The position numbers were made by a program, and so were the translations under genes. Under the pieces are notes generated by a model. The model was not told the DNA's origin and did no database searches. It saw nothing but the letters and a program-made list of their open reading frames with translations. From contig JBDRCO010000119.1 in NCBI GenBank assembly GCA_043821645.1, positions 1 to 54,339 of the forward strand: a stretch of 54,339 bases of DNA, read 5' to 3'. Shown here piece by piece: positions 20,751 through 30,506 of the stretch. This DNA comes from Pseudomonadota bacterium. GTDB taxonomy: Bacteria > Myxococcota > JACRCW01 > JAFGSX01. The number at the start of each line of letters is the position of its first letter. Position 1 is the stretch's first letter.

Positions 20751-22256
20751 TCAGGGCACGAGCACACTGCCGCCGATGAACTCGCGCATCAGGCTGGTCG
20801 GCGGCAAGTGGGTGTGCAGCCAGTCGGCGGAGAGAGGTTCGACGGCATCGAGCATTCGCAGAAGGCGGCGCGCCTCGGGCAGCAGATCCTCGCGCTGGAC
20901 CGCTGCCAGGGCTGCCTCGGCAGGCTGCCGGAGCGCCGACAGCTCGAAGGGGAGCGCCGAGTTGAACATCACGTCGGCCTCCTCCTGGTAGGGGAAGATG
21001 TGCTGGTGCTCGCCCTCCCGAACCGCAGGCCAGCGCGCCAGGGTCTCCTCGGCGCTGTAGCCGCGGGCCCGGCGGTCGCGCACGGTACGGCGGAGCAGGC
21101 GCAGGTCGGTGGTGGACATGCGGTTGAGATCGTCGAGGTTGAGGTGGGTGAGGGCCGAGACATAGACCCTGAACACCGAGGGTTCGGTGAGCTGCGGGGT
21201 CAGGTCAGGGTTGAGGCCGTGGATCCCCTCGACGATCAGCACGCCATCTTTTCCCAGCCGCAGGGGCGAGCCCTCGAGATGCTGGTGGGTCTGGAAATCC
21301 AGCCGGGGAGGGCGCACTTCTTCCCCCGCGATGAGTCGCAGCAGCACCTCGTCGAAGCGCGCCACGTCCAGGGCCTCGAGCACCTCGAAATCGTAGTCGC
21401 CGTCCGGGCGACGCGGGATCTTGTCCCGCGGCCTGTAAAAGTCATCGAGGCTCAGGGTCCGGGGTTGCAGCCCGAGCAGACGCAGCTCCACCTGCAGGCG
21501 ACCCGAAAAGCTGGTCTTGCCCGACGACGACGGGCCACTGATCAGGACCACGCTCGGGCGCGGATTCAGGGCCACGATGCGGTCGGCGATCTCCGCGATC
21601 TTGCGCGCGTGCAGCGCCTCGGCCACCCGCACCAGCTCGGCGATGTCGCCGCTGCGCACCAGGGCATTGACCTCGCTGACGAAGGACACGCCGTGCACGG
21701 CGCCCCAGCGCTCGGCCTCGTAAAAGGCCCGGAACAGCGTCGGGCGTTCCCGATAGCGAGGCACCTCGCGGCTGCCCTGGGGCAGCGCGCGCAGCAGCAA
21801 TCCGGGCGGGTAGGCGTGAACATCAAAGGGGCGTGCACCCGCGGTGGTCTCGCACAGCGGTCCCTTGAACGCGAGCAGCCGGCCCGCGCCGTCCCGGATC
21901 AGCTGCGGCAGCTCGACGTGGTGATCGCTGATCCAGGCTCGGGTCAGCACACCCTGCTCCACCTCGAGCGCGGTCAGCGCCTGCTCGCGGGTCGCCACCT
22001 CGGCCGACAAGGCCTGCCCGGCCTGTGCCAGACCTTGCATGGTCTCGCGCAGGGCCTCGACGTCGCGGGGCAGCAAAGGCGGGGCGTTGCGCACGTGGTA
22101 ATAGAAGGCGTCACCCAGACTATAAGCGAGCTGCAGCGTGGCCTCCGGGTGCAGCAGGCGAAAGGCCTCGTGCAGCACGAAGGTGCGCGTGCGCTGGCGC
22201 TGCCGCTCCTCTTCCTGGGTGGAGTAGAAACGCTCGGCAAAGTGGTTTCGCGTCAT
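20751..22256 (-). CDS. Nucleoside (uridine) kinase with ThrRS-N-terminal-like domain
   Basis: ISGPSSSGKT P-loop, LSLDDFY, IVEGIHGLN, DLRLLRR.VRD.RARG, IFPYQEEAD.MFNSAL. Confidence 0.88.
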   Translation of the reverse strand: MTRNHFAERFYSTQEEERQRQRTRTFVLHEAFRLLHPEATLQLAYSLGDAFYYHVRNAPPLLPRDVEALRETMQGLAQAGQALSAEVATREQALTALEVEQGVLTRAWISDHHVELPQLIRDGAGRLLAFKGPLCETTAGARPFDVHAYPPGLLLRALPQGSREVPRYRERPTLFRAFYEAERWGAVHGVSFVSEVNALVRSGDIAELVRVAEALHARKIAEIADRIVALNPRPSVVLISGPSSSGKTSFSGRLQVELRLLGLQPRTLSLDDFYRPRDKIPRRPDGDYDFEVLEALDVARFDEVLLRLIAGEEVRPPRLDFQTHQHLEGSPLRLGKDGVLIVEGIHGLNPDLTPQLTEPSVFRVYVSALTHLNLDDLNRMSTTDLRLLRRTVRDRRARGYSAEETLARWPAVREGEHQHIFPYQEEADVMFNSALPFELSALRQPAEAALAAVQREDLLPEARRLLRMLDAVEPLSADWLHTHLPPTSLMREFIGGSVLVP

Positions 22257-22468
22257 CCAGACCTCGCAATGGACACCCGCGAACGTTAGCGCAACACTGG
22301 CCGGGTCTCGATGTTCTTTCGAGCTTCGAGCGATGCTGGTGCCCTGGCGGCGGGCGCGCTATCGTCCTGCCTTTCCGGGGTGCGACAGCACGGAAGGTGT
22401 GAAGCGGTCGTGGGGGGATGGCCCGCCCCGGCCCTGCCACGACGCGACCACGACACGGAGTGCGCGCG

Positions 22469-24433
22469 ATGCGGATCACGATCAAGGACCTGACGACCCA
22501 GAAGACCCATGACATCGGCGAGGACGGTGCGGTGCTTGGGCGTGACAAGCGCTCCACCGATCTGCCCGTGCGCGACGAGTCGGTGTCCAAGCAGCACGCG
22601 CGCATCTACCCGGCCAACGGCGGCTGGATGCTCGAGGATCTGGGATCGTCCAACGGCACCTATTTCAAGAACAAGACCATCAGCGAGCCGGTCGAGCTGT
22701 ATCAGGGGGCGGTGTTCGCCCTGGCCCAGCGCCAGTTCGAGGTCGTGCACCTGGACCTGCCCGAGGAGACCGCCGCCGAGGGTGGCAACGGCGCAGACTA
22801 TGACACCTCCGTCGGGGAAGACGAGCCCTCCCCGCCGCCCGCCGCTGAGGCAGGCGACGATGACGATGACGACGACGACGACGAAGCCCCCGTCGACACG
22901 GCGTCCAGCCGATCGAAGAAAGCCGCGGCGCCGGCGCCCCGACCGGCACCAAAAGCTGCCGCCAAGCCTGCTGCCAAGCCCGCCGCCAAACCCGCCGCCA
23001 AGCCTGCCGCACGGGCCACAGCGAGGCCCGCACACGCCACCGAGCCCGAGCTCGAGGCAGACGAGGCTCCGTCCAAGCCCACCGTGGGCTACTTCCTGGT
23101 CGCCATCCCGAAGGCCTTTGCCTACTACCTGGCAGCGGTGCCCCTGCTCATCTTCAATCCGGTGGGCACGGTTCGAAAGGGTGTGGCAGAGCAGAAGATC
23201 CCCGCCATGAGTTCGGTCCAGCTCATGGCCTATGCGATTCCGGCTTTCGTGTTCACCTCCTTGCTCGGTCAGGTCTTCTCGTTCATCGCGATGCTCGTTT
23301 CGGGCCACTTCTCCATCGGCACCCTCATCCCGGGACTGCCCATTGCCATCGCCGTGGGCACGGTGACCGGCATCATCGCGGGACTGATCTTTCATCCCGT
23401 GGTGCGCTGGGTCATCACCAAGCTCAAGGGTCGTTCCGACGAGCGCTCGCGGACCAACTACGCGATCATGAGCTTCACCGTGGCCATCGTGGCCGCGCTG
23501 CCCCAGGCCGTGGCCACCCTGCTGGCTGCCATCCCGCTGCCCTTCATCGTGCTGATCAGCCCACTGTTGCTGCTCGCGGCGACGGCCATCGGGCTTTTCA
23601 TGAGCTACACCTGGGTCCGCGCCTTCGAGATGATCAAGTGGGTTCAGTACGTGGTGCTGGTGGTCGGCGCTCTGGCCGTGCTCGGCACGGTGGGCAACTT
23701 CGTCAACCTCACCATTGCCAGCGTGCGCTCGCTGGGCAGCGGCGGCGGCGGGACCGCGGTGGCCGAGGCTGGCGAGGGCGAGCTCAGTGCCGAGTACAAG
23801 GCGGCTTTGGAGCAGGCCGAGAAACAGGGTACCCCGGCGGCCGCGCTCGAAGAGATGCGCAAGGGCTTCCTCGCGCAGCAGGCCGCGATCGTGGCTGCCC
23901 AGAAGCAGGCCGAGGCTGCGGCGGCGGGGGCGGCAGGTGGTGCAGACACCGCCAAGACCGATCCGGATACGGCCAAGGGTGATACCCCGGCGGCCACCCC
24001 GGATACGCCCAAGACCGATCCCAAGGTCGACAAGGAGCCGCCCAAAGAGGACCCCAAGGCTGGCGCGGATGACAGCGCCCCGGCGGCGGACGACGGCGCC
24101 GACGACGTGGACGACAGCAAGACCGAGGCCGTGCAGCCCAAGCTGGCCAAACCGGCGCGCGCCAAGCACGCGTCGGAGTTCCTCGAGTTCGCGACCCGTC
24201 GCGACGAGGTCGACAGGGCGATGAAGGAGAACCCGCACCTGATCAAGGACGGGACCATCCTCAAGCTGTACCAGGCGATGCTCAAGCGGACCTACGACAT
24301 CGACGCCAAGTTCCAGAAGAAGCGGGGCAAGCCCTGGGAAGACGAGGTCAACGCGCGCCGTCGCGATCTCGCCGTGTTCGAGGGCACCCGCAAGGTCGTC
24401 GACAACCTGTGGCGCAGGATCTTCGGCGACTGA
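22469..24433 (+). CDS. FHA-domain membrane protein with Yip1-like multi-TM region
   Basis: LGR...VSKQHARI...LEDLGSSNGTY FHA motifs; acidic/AAKP linker; about 5 TM helices; charged C-terminal domain. GGAG upstream of ATG 22469. Confidence 0.85.
   Translation: MRITIKDLTTQKTHDIGEDGAVLGRDKRSTDLPVRDESVSKQHARIYPANGGWMLEDLGSSNGTYFKNKTISEPVELYQGAVFALAQRQFEVVHLDLPEETAAEGGNGADYDTSVGEDEPSPPPAAEAGDDDDDDDDDEAPVDTASSRSKKAAAPAPRPAPKAAAKPAAKPAAKPAAKPAARATARPAHATEPELEADEAPSKPTVGYFLVAIPKAFAYYLAAVPLLIFNPVGTVRKGVAEQKIPAMSSVQLMAYAIPAFVFTSLLGQVFSFIAMLVSGHFSIGTLIPGLPIAIAVGTVTGIIAGLIFHPVVRWVITKLKGRSDERSRTNYAIMSFTVAIVAALPQAVATLLAAIPLPFIVLISPLLLLAATAIGLFMSYTWVRAFEMIKWVQYVVLVVGALAVLGTVGNFVNLTIASVRSLGSGGGGTAVAEAGEGELSAEYKAALEQAEKQGTPAAALEEMRKGFLAQQAAIVAAQKQAEAAAAGAAGGADTAKTDPDTAKGDTPAATPDTPKTDPKVDKEPPKEDPKAGADDSAPAADDGADDVDDSKTEAVQPKLAKPARAKHASEFLEFATRRDEVDRAMKENPHLIKDGTILKLYQAMLKRTYDIDAKFQKKRGKPWEDEVNARRRDLAVFEGTRKVVDNLWRRIFGD
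22958..23005 (+). repeat. In-frame 12-bp tandem repeat (AAKP x4)
   Basis: gccgccaagcct gctgccaagccc gccgccaaaccc gccgccaagcct. Confidence 0.85.
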
Positions 24434-24492
24434 TCTTCCCGGGGTCGGTCGGCCCGCCCCTCCAGCTCCGGGCGCTCGTCCCGGCCCGGGCA

Positions 24493-25128
24493 TCAGCCGC
24501 TTCGAGACCCGTCCACCCGCGCCTCGTCGCTCGCCACCACCACCGCTCGATCGGGTTCAGGCCAGCGCGCCACGCGTTGTTGCGGCGCTGTGGACAGCCA
24601 GATCGGGAGGTAGCTGTCGACCACGCGGCCCACGGCATGACGCAGGGCTGCGATGCGCGCGTCCACCAGGGGCGGTGCCGACCTGGCCACGGCCCCTTGC
24701 AGCACCTCGCAGGTGTAGGGTCTGACCAGACCGCCCTCGAACAGGCGCGACGTGTGGCCGAAGCTGCGACACAGGTAGGGGCGTGCGGCGTAGACCAGAC
24801 ATCGTCCCGCTCGAAGCAGGGGGCATGCGAAGTCGTCCGGCGCACCCTTCTCGAGTTCACCGCGCAGCGCACGCGACTGCTCGCGCACCTGCTGCCGCGT
24901 GGCGTCATCGAGATTCTCGAACGCCTGGTCGATCAACGCGAACTCGACGTCACTGACCAGGGGGGCGGCGCGGGTGCAGCAGCGGTGGCAGTCCCCCGGA
25001 CAGCGTGCCCCCGGGTGCGCCTCGAGGTAGCCCGTCATGCTGTCGTCGAGATCGCGATACAGCGCGCGCACAGCGTCGCGATCGGAGCCGATGACCACGG
25101 GTGGTGTGGTGCCCTGGTGATCGCTCAT
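24493..25128 (-). CDS. YkgJ-family cysteine-cluster (CxxxCxxCC) protein
   Basis: CPGDCHRCC...CPLL..GRCLVYAARPYLCRSFG. Confidence 0.88.
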   Translation of the reverse strand: MSDHQGTTPPVVIGSDRDAVRALYRDLDDSMTGYLEAHPGARCPGDCHRCCTRAAPLVSDVEFALIDQAFENLDDATRQQVREQSRALRGELEKGAPDDFACPLLRAGRCLVYAARPYLCRSFGHTSRLFEGGLVRPYTCEVLQGAVARSAPPLVDARIAALRHAVGRVVDSYLPIWLSTAPQQRVARWPEPDRAVVVASDEARVDGSRSG

Positions 25129-25186
25129 GGATCGCGCCCTGATCCCGAGCTTGCGAGTGGGACCTGCATGGGCCACATTCTCTCCC

Positions 25187-26857
25187 ATGTCACCGCGCTA
25201 CACGAGCATGCTGGTTGCGATGGGATGGCTCATGGTTTCCTCCGGGGTCTTGGCACAGCAGCGGGTGCTGTACACCAATGCTCGAGTGATCACCCAGGAC
25301 CCAGCGATGCCCAGGGCTGCTGCGCTGTTGGTCGAGGGGGACCGCATCCAGCGGGTCTACGCCCGGGTTCCGGCGCAGCGACCCACAGGCGCCCGGCAGG
25401 TCGATCTCAAGAACGCGGTGGTGGTGCCTGGTCTGGCGGACGCGCACCTGCACCTGACAGCCCTGGGCGCCAAGGCCCGGCAGGTGGACCTGCGCGGCAC
25501 GCGCAGCGCGGGTGAGGCTGTGGCCCGGGTCAAGGACTTCGTGAACCGCGGCGGTGCTGGCGAGCCCATCATCGGCTTTGGCTGGGACCACAACGACTGG
25601 ACTCCCCGGGCTTTCCCCGAGCGCGGTCTGCTCGATGCAGCCCTCGGCAACCAGGTCGTGATCCTGTACCGCATCGATGGCCATGCCGCCTGGGTGTCGA
25701 CGGCGGCACTGGCCGTGGGTGGCATCGCGCGCGATCGCGCGGATCCCGACGGCGGTCGCATCGTGCGAGACGGCAAGGGTGATCCGAGCGGTGTGCTCGT
25801 CGACAACGCCATCGATCTGGTGACCGGATCCTTGCCGCGGCTCACTCAGGTCCAGCTCGAGCACGACGTGGCGCTGGCCACCCGCGAGTGTGCCAGGCTC
25901 GGCCTCACCCAGGTTCATGACATGGGCAGCGACGTGCGCACCTTGCAGGCGCTGCGTGCTCTCGAGGCACGCCACGCGCTGCCGCTGCGGGTCTTCGTGT
26001 ACCTGGCGGCCGACGATCCCGACGCCACCAAGGAACTCAATCCACAGCAGCGAAGGCGCACCGCGTCGCGGGTCGAGGTGCGCGGGCTCAAGCTCTACAC
26101 CGACGGAGCCCTGGGCTCGCGCGGTGCCGCGCTCAAACAGCCCTATTCCGATGATCCTGGAAACAGTGGATTGCTCGTCACCGAACCCAAGATCCTGCAC
26201 GAGCGCGTACGCCAGGTCCACGAGGCAGGTTACCAGGTGGCCATCCACGCCATCGGCGACCGCGGCAACCGCGAGGCTCTCGACGCCATCGGGGCGCTGG
26301 GCAAGGGCGGGGTGAGCCGTCGCCACCGCATCGAGCATGCCCAGATCGTGGATCCCGCCGACATCCCGCTGTTCAAGCAGCTCGGTGTCATCGCCTCGAT
26401 GCAGCCCACCCACGCCACCAGCGACATGGACTGGGCCGAGGCGCGCCTGGGTCCTGACCGCCTGGCCGGGGCCTACGCCTGGAAAACCATGCTGAGCAGC
26501 GGCGTCGCCCTGGCCTTTGGCTCCGACGCTCCGGTGGAGAGTGCGGATCCGACCTGGGGCCTGTTTGCCGCCACGCAGCGCACCGATCATGATGGCGCAC
26601 CGAAGGGAGGCTGGCTGCCCGGGGAGAAGCTGAGCCCGGACCAGGCCCTGGCCGGTTTCACCAGTGGCGCTGCCTATGCCGTCGGGCGCGAGGACGAGCT
26701 GGGAGTGCTGCGAGCGGGAGCCCTGGCGGACTTCACGGTCCTCGATGGCGATCCCGCGGACCCGGCCACCCGCTTGCTTCACCTCAAGGTTCTGCGCACC
26801 GTCGTCGGCGGCGAGCAGGCTTTTCCTCCCACAACCAGCACCAGCGACATACCGTGA
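25187..26857 (+). CDS. Amidohydrolase 3 (YtcJ-like) metal-dependent hydrolase, probably exported
   Basis: VVPGLADAHLH, RIDGHAAWV, KLYTDGALGSRGAAL, HAIGDR, RIEHAQ, FGSDAPV. Start may instead be 25208. Confidence 0.9.
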   Translation: MSPRYTSMLVAMGWLMVSSGVLAQQRVLYTNARVITQDPAMPRAAALLVEGDRIQRVYARVPAQRPTGARQVDLKNAVVVPGLADAHLHLTALGAKARQVDLRGTRSAGEAVARVKDFVNRGGAGEPIIGFGWDHNDWTPRAFPERGLLDAALGNQVVILYRIDGHAAWVSTAALAVGGIARDRADPDGGRIVRDGKGDPSGVLVDNAIDLVTGSLPRLTQVQLEHDVALATRECARLGLTQVHDMGSDVRTLQALRALEARHALPLRVFVYLAADDPDATKELNPQQRRRTASRVEVRGLKLYTDGALGSRGAALKQPYSDDPGNSGLLVTEPKILHERVRQVHEAGYQVAIHAIGDRGNREALDAIGALGKGGVSRRHRIEHAQIVDPADIPLFKQLGVIASMQPTHATSDMDWAEARLGPDRLAGAYAWKTMLSSGVALAFGSDAPVESADPTWGLFAATQRTDHDGAPKGGWLPGEKLSPDQALAGFTSGAAYAVGREDELGVLRAGALADFTVLDGDPADPATRLLHLKVLRTVVGGEQAFPPTTSTSDIP

Positions 26858-26867
26858 GGACACGCCG

Positions 26868-27146
26868 ATGAGCGACAAGGGCAGCAAGAAGAAGAAGAAG
26901 GCGCAACCGAAGCAGCCCGAACCCGTGGCGCGCAAGAGTACAGGCGCGTCCTTGCCCTTCGAGCTGGAGTTCGAGCGGGGCAACTACGCGGGAGCGCGGC
27001 ACCTGGCTCTGGGAGCGGTCGCGGGTGCGGACGGGGCGCGAGCGCGCGACATCCTGGATCGTATCCGCGTCGACAAGATCCCCTTGCTGGTGTTTGCCGG
27101 GTGCCTGGCCTTGATCGCGCTCATCGCGGGCCTCGGCCTGGGCTGA
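26868..27146 (+). CDS. Small tail-anchored membrane protein, hypothetical
   Basis: GAGG RBS then MSDKGSKKKKK; FERGNY..AR helix; C-terminal TM segment. Confidence 0.7.
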   Translation: MSDKGSKKKKKAQPKQPEPVARKSTGASLPFELEFERGNYAGARHLALGAVAGADGARARDILDRIRVDKIPLLVFAGCLALIALIAGLGLG

Positions 27147-27310
27147 GGTGGACCGGGATCCCTCGCCTGAGACCCCTCCCGCCAAACCAAACACCCATAT
27201 GATATGAAATGGCAGCCCCACCCGGAGTGCGCTCGGGCAAGAACTCGACACTTCTGGTGGGCTAGATCCTCGCGTCATTCAACCCGGTCTCCGGGTGGGA
27301 GGTTTTTCTC

Positions 27311-29584
27311 ATGACCCGCATCAACCCCTCGCAAGTGCGCGCCCTGACCCAGCAACTGGTGCAGGACGGCACGCTCGACCGCAAAGACATCAACACCCTG
27401 ATCGACGCGGCGCTGTCGGACAAGGTGCTGTCCAAGGATGAGAAGAACGAGCTGCGCGAGGTGCTGGCCCAGCACGCGGACAAGATCGACCACGCCGACA
27501 CCAAGAAGAAGCTCGAGTCCTTCCTGTCGACGTCGAACGCCGGCATCCGCAACCTGGCCCACCAGCTGGAGAGCGACGACGGTGTCATCAACTTCTCGGA
27601 CGCCGAGAAGCTGGGCGAGCTGGTCCACAAGGACGGCAAGATCTCGGGCCGCGAGAAGTACTCGCTGTTCGCGGTGATGGCCGGCAGCAAGATGACCGAC
27701 GACGCCAAGGCCAAGCTCGACAGCGTGGCGCGCGGCACCCCGTACACCCCTCCTGTGACCCCTCCGGTGACACCGCCGGTGACGCCGCCGGTGACGCCGC
27801 CGGTCACCCCGGACCTCGAGCTCAAGCTGCCCACCGTCGCTGGCCAGAACTACAGACTCAGCGCCGAGGGTCACATGGTCACGGGCACTGGCGGCCCGGC
27901 GCGCTACGACGAGCTGGGCGCGCTGTCGCTGTACCGAAGCGCCGATGCCCTGAGCCAGGCCGAGGGCGTGGTGCTCAAAGACGTGCCCACCGCGGTCAAG
28001 GAGAAGATGCTAGATCACCTGGGCAAGGCCTTCGCGGCCGGCGCCGAGGACGCGACCCTGCCCAAGGTCACCCGCGAGCGCATGCGCTCGGGCGCCGCCA
28101 CGACGCTGCTGGCGGTCATCGAGGGCTGTGGCGCGGATCAGGCCGCCCTGCGTACCAAGGCGGTGGACCTGTACCTGAACCAGGCGATGAAGGAGCCCGT
28201 GGCCGGCCTGCGCGCGTCCATGGCCTTCAACCTCGAGCGCCTGCAGACGACGCTGCAGCCCGCGGACAAGACCCGGCTGGCCGCGCTGATGGACGCCGTG
28301 ATCCCCAGCAAGCCGCCCTACGACAAGTGGTTCGCCGACGGCAAGCGCGAGATCAAGGTGCAGCACTTTGCCCACAAGGAGGTCTGGGACTACTCGGGCG
28401 ACCCGGTGAAGATCTACGAGCGACAGGGCTACAAGATGGTGGCCGCGCACCCCGACGAGAACCCGCCGCGCTGGGAGCTCGAGAAGACCAACGACAATGC
28501 CCCGGGCGGCGCGGTCAAGATGCACATCGACCTCATGCAGACCCACGATGGGATCTTTCAGGGCATGAGCGATCCCGACATCAACATGGTGCTGTACACC
28601 GGTCACAGCAACCTGGGCGGCAACGTCAGCGAGGAGCTGCGCCTGGGCACCGAGGAAAAGAGCGACAAGCTGATCCTGATGGCCATGTGCCGCGGCAAGC
28701 AGAACATGTTCGAGGTGGCCAACAAGTATCCCAACAGCCACTTCGTGACGACGGACCATCCCTCGTACTTCTCGTCGGTGATGGGCATGGCCACGGCGAT
28801 GACCGAGGGAGCGCTCAAGGGCCAGGACTACAAGGGCATGCTCAACAGCGCCCCCTACATCTCGGACGAGGGTGGCAAGGCCAATTACTTCTTCCCGCAC
28901 GAGGCCCGGCGCTACGCCCTGTACGACGCGGACAAGGACGGCGTCATCGATGGACGCGGTGTCACCGTGGACAGGCTGTACGACGTGGGCCTGAGCTTGC
29001 CCAAGGGCACCAAGGTCGACCTGGTGGCGCGGCCCAACGACCTGCAGGCCGAGGACATCGACGGCAGCAAGGTGCAGCACGCCGTGCAGTTCATGAACAC
29101 GCTCATGACCTACCACGTGGATCACGGCAACAACACCTCGGCCTTCGGCAAGAAGGACATGGACAACTTCCTGTCCGGCGGCTGGTTCGATGGCCCCACC
29201 AGCGAGCTGGTACGACTCAAAAAAGAAAACGTCGACGGCAAGGAGATGATCCGAGTGCAGGTGAACAAGTCGCTAGCGGATCAGAGCTGGTTCAGCCTGG
29301 GCACCCTAGTGCAGTTCGAGACCGTGAAGCAGATGCTCACCGAGCGCAACGGCGGCACCCTCACCGCCAAGGACGAGGCGCGGGCGGCCCTGTTTGCCGG
29401 TGAGTACCTGTCCTACATGTACTGCACGTGGGATGAGGCCCAGGGCGGCGTGCGCGGGCTCAACCGCTACTGCGAGCACCTGGGCGGCCTCACCTATGAC
29501 AAGCTGTCCAAGGCCATCGAGAGCGACGGCCACGGCTACGTCACCGACAAGCAGATGGACGCGCTGCTGGCTAGCAATGGTTAG
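27311..29584 (+). CDS. Large hypothetical protein: EF-hand-like N-terminus, TPPV linker and caspase-clan-like His/Cys core; paralogue of 734-3280
   Basis: GGAGG RBS; strongly G/C-ending codons; PPYDKWF, LYTGHS, AMCRGKQ, NYFFPHEAR and DADKDG shared with 734-3280. Confidence 0.88.
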   Translation: MTRINPSQVRALTQQLVQDGTLDRKDINTLIDAALSDKVLSKDEKNELREVLAQHADKIDHADTKKKLESFLSTSNAGIRNLAHQLESDDGVINFSDAEKLGELVHKDGKISGREKYSLFAVMAGSKMTDDAKAKLDSVARGTPYTPPVTPPVTPPVTPPVTPPVTPDLELKLPTVAGQNYRLSAEGHMVTGTGGPARYDELGALSLYRSADALSQAEGVVLKDVPTAVKEKMLDHLGKAFAAGAEDATLPKVTRERMRSGAATTLLAVIEGCGADQAALRTKAVDLYLNQAMKEPVAGLRASMAFNLERLQTTLQPADKTRLAALMDAVIPSKPPYDKWFADGKREIKVQHFAHKEVWDYSGDPVKIYERQGYKMVAAHPDENPPRWELEKTNDNAPGGAVKMHIDLMQTHDGIFQGMSDPDINMVLYTGHSNLGGNVSEELRLGTEEKSDKLILMAMCRGKQNMFEVANKYPNSHFVTTDHPSYFSSVMGMATAMTEGALKGQDYKGMLNSAPYISDEGGKANYFFPHEARRYALYDADKDGVIDGRGVTVDRLYDVGLSLPKGTKVDLVARPNDLQAEDIDGSKVQHAVQFMNTLMTYHVDHGNNTSAFGKKDMDNFLSGGWFDGPTSELVRLKKENVDGKEMIRVQVNKSLADQSWFSLGTLVQFETVKQMLTERNGGTLTAKDEARAALFAGEYLSYMYCTWDEAQGGVRGLNRYCEHLGGLTYDKLSKAIESDGHGYVTDKQMDALLASNG
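27746..27811 (+). repeat. In-frame 12-bp tandem repeat (TPPV x5.5)
   Basis: acccctcctgtg acccctccggtg acaccgccggtg acgccgccggtg acgccgccggtc accccg. Confidence 0.9.
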
Positions 29585-29651
29585 CCTCGGCTCCCCGGAC
29601 GGAGTGCTTGCAGGCTGACTCCCGGTACCGTAGGCACTACAGTTCCTGTTC

Positions 29652-30464
29652 ATGACCCTGGCCACAATCCCAGAGCGCCTGGAAGCGCGCCTGAACCGCA
29701 TCCTGGCCCGCACCAGCATCGAGCACGGTGTGCTGTCCGCTGGTGACCGCATCCTGGTTGCCCTCAGCGGGGGCAAGGACAGCTACGGCCTGTTGCACCT
29801 GTTGCAGGGCTTGAAGCCGCGCTTGCCGTTTTCGATCGAACTCGTCGCGGTGCACGTTGAACAAGGGCAGCCCGGGTTCGACAACACACCCCTGCGTCGC
29901 TGGTTGGTCGAGCACGATGTGCCGCACGAGATCGTGGTCGAGGATACCTACAGCACCGTGCAGAAGCTGGTCGCGGAGGGTGACACGCCCTGCGCGGTCT
30001 GTGCCCGGTTGCGCCGGGGTATCCTGTACACCACGGCTGCGCGCCTGGGCTGCAACAAGGTGGCGCTCGGCCACCACCGCGACGACGCCCTGGCAACCTT
30101 GCTGCTCAACCTGTTCTACACCGGCACCCTGCAGGCAATGCCCGCACGCTATCGCACCGACGACGGCCGCTTCGAGGTGATCCGGCCGCTCATCGAGATC
30201 GCCGAGAGCGATCTGGTGGCGCTGGCCGAGCAACAGGGATTTCCCATCGTGCCCTGCGTGCTGTGCTCGGGCCACGAAGACCACCAGCGCAAGGCCATGG
30301 GTTCGCTCATCGACGGTGTCGCCGAGCGCCATCCGCAGGTGCGCACCGTCATGCTGGCCGCGCTGCGCAACGTGAGGCCCTCGCACTTGCTGGATCGCGA
30401 CCTGCTCCGGCGCACCCAGCCCGTTGACGACGTTGCACCTGCGCGCCCTGACCTCGGACGCTAA
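29652..30464 (+). CDS. ttcA: tRNA 2-thiocytidine(32) synthetase TtcA
   Basis: SGGKDS PP-loop, CAVCARLRRGILY, ALGHHRDD, VIRPL, PCVLC, NVRPSHLLD. Confidence 0.93.
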   Translation: MTLATIPERLEARLNRILARTSIEHGVLSAGDRILVALSGGKDSYGLLHLLQGLKPRLPFSIELVAVHVEQGQPGFDNTPLRRWLVEHDVPHEIVVEDTYSTVQKLVAEGDTPCAVCARLRRGILYTTAARLGCNKVALGHHRDDALATLLLNLFYTGTLQAMPARYRTDDGRFEVIRPLIEIAESDLVALAEQQGFPIVPCVLCSGHEDHQRKAMGSLIDGVAERHPQVRTVMLAALRNVRPSHLLDRDLLRRTQPVDDVAPARPDLGR

Positions 30465-30506
30465 GTACCCCTCTCCACACGACGCACATCCCCACGGAGG
30501 TCTGCC

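Noticed and set aside
22286-26983. Long minus-strand ORFs 22286-24493 and 25190-26983
   Set aside because: Antisense to the FHA protein and the amidohydrolase; no recognisable domains.
27195-27205. CATAT-G-ATATG inverted repeat upstream of the 27311 gene
   Set aside because: Could be an operator, but it is a single short instance not seen upstream of the paralogue; unsupported.
29585-29651. Possible structured RNA between the 27311 gene and ttcA
   Set aside because: Only 67 nt; no convincing cloverleaf or terminator.
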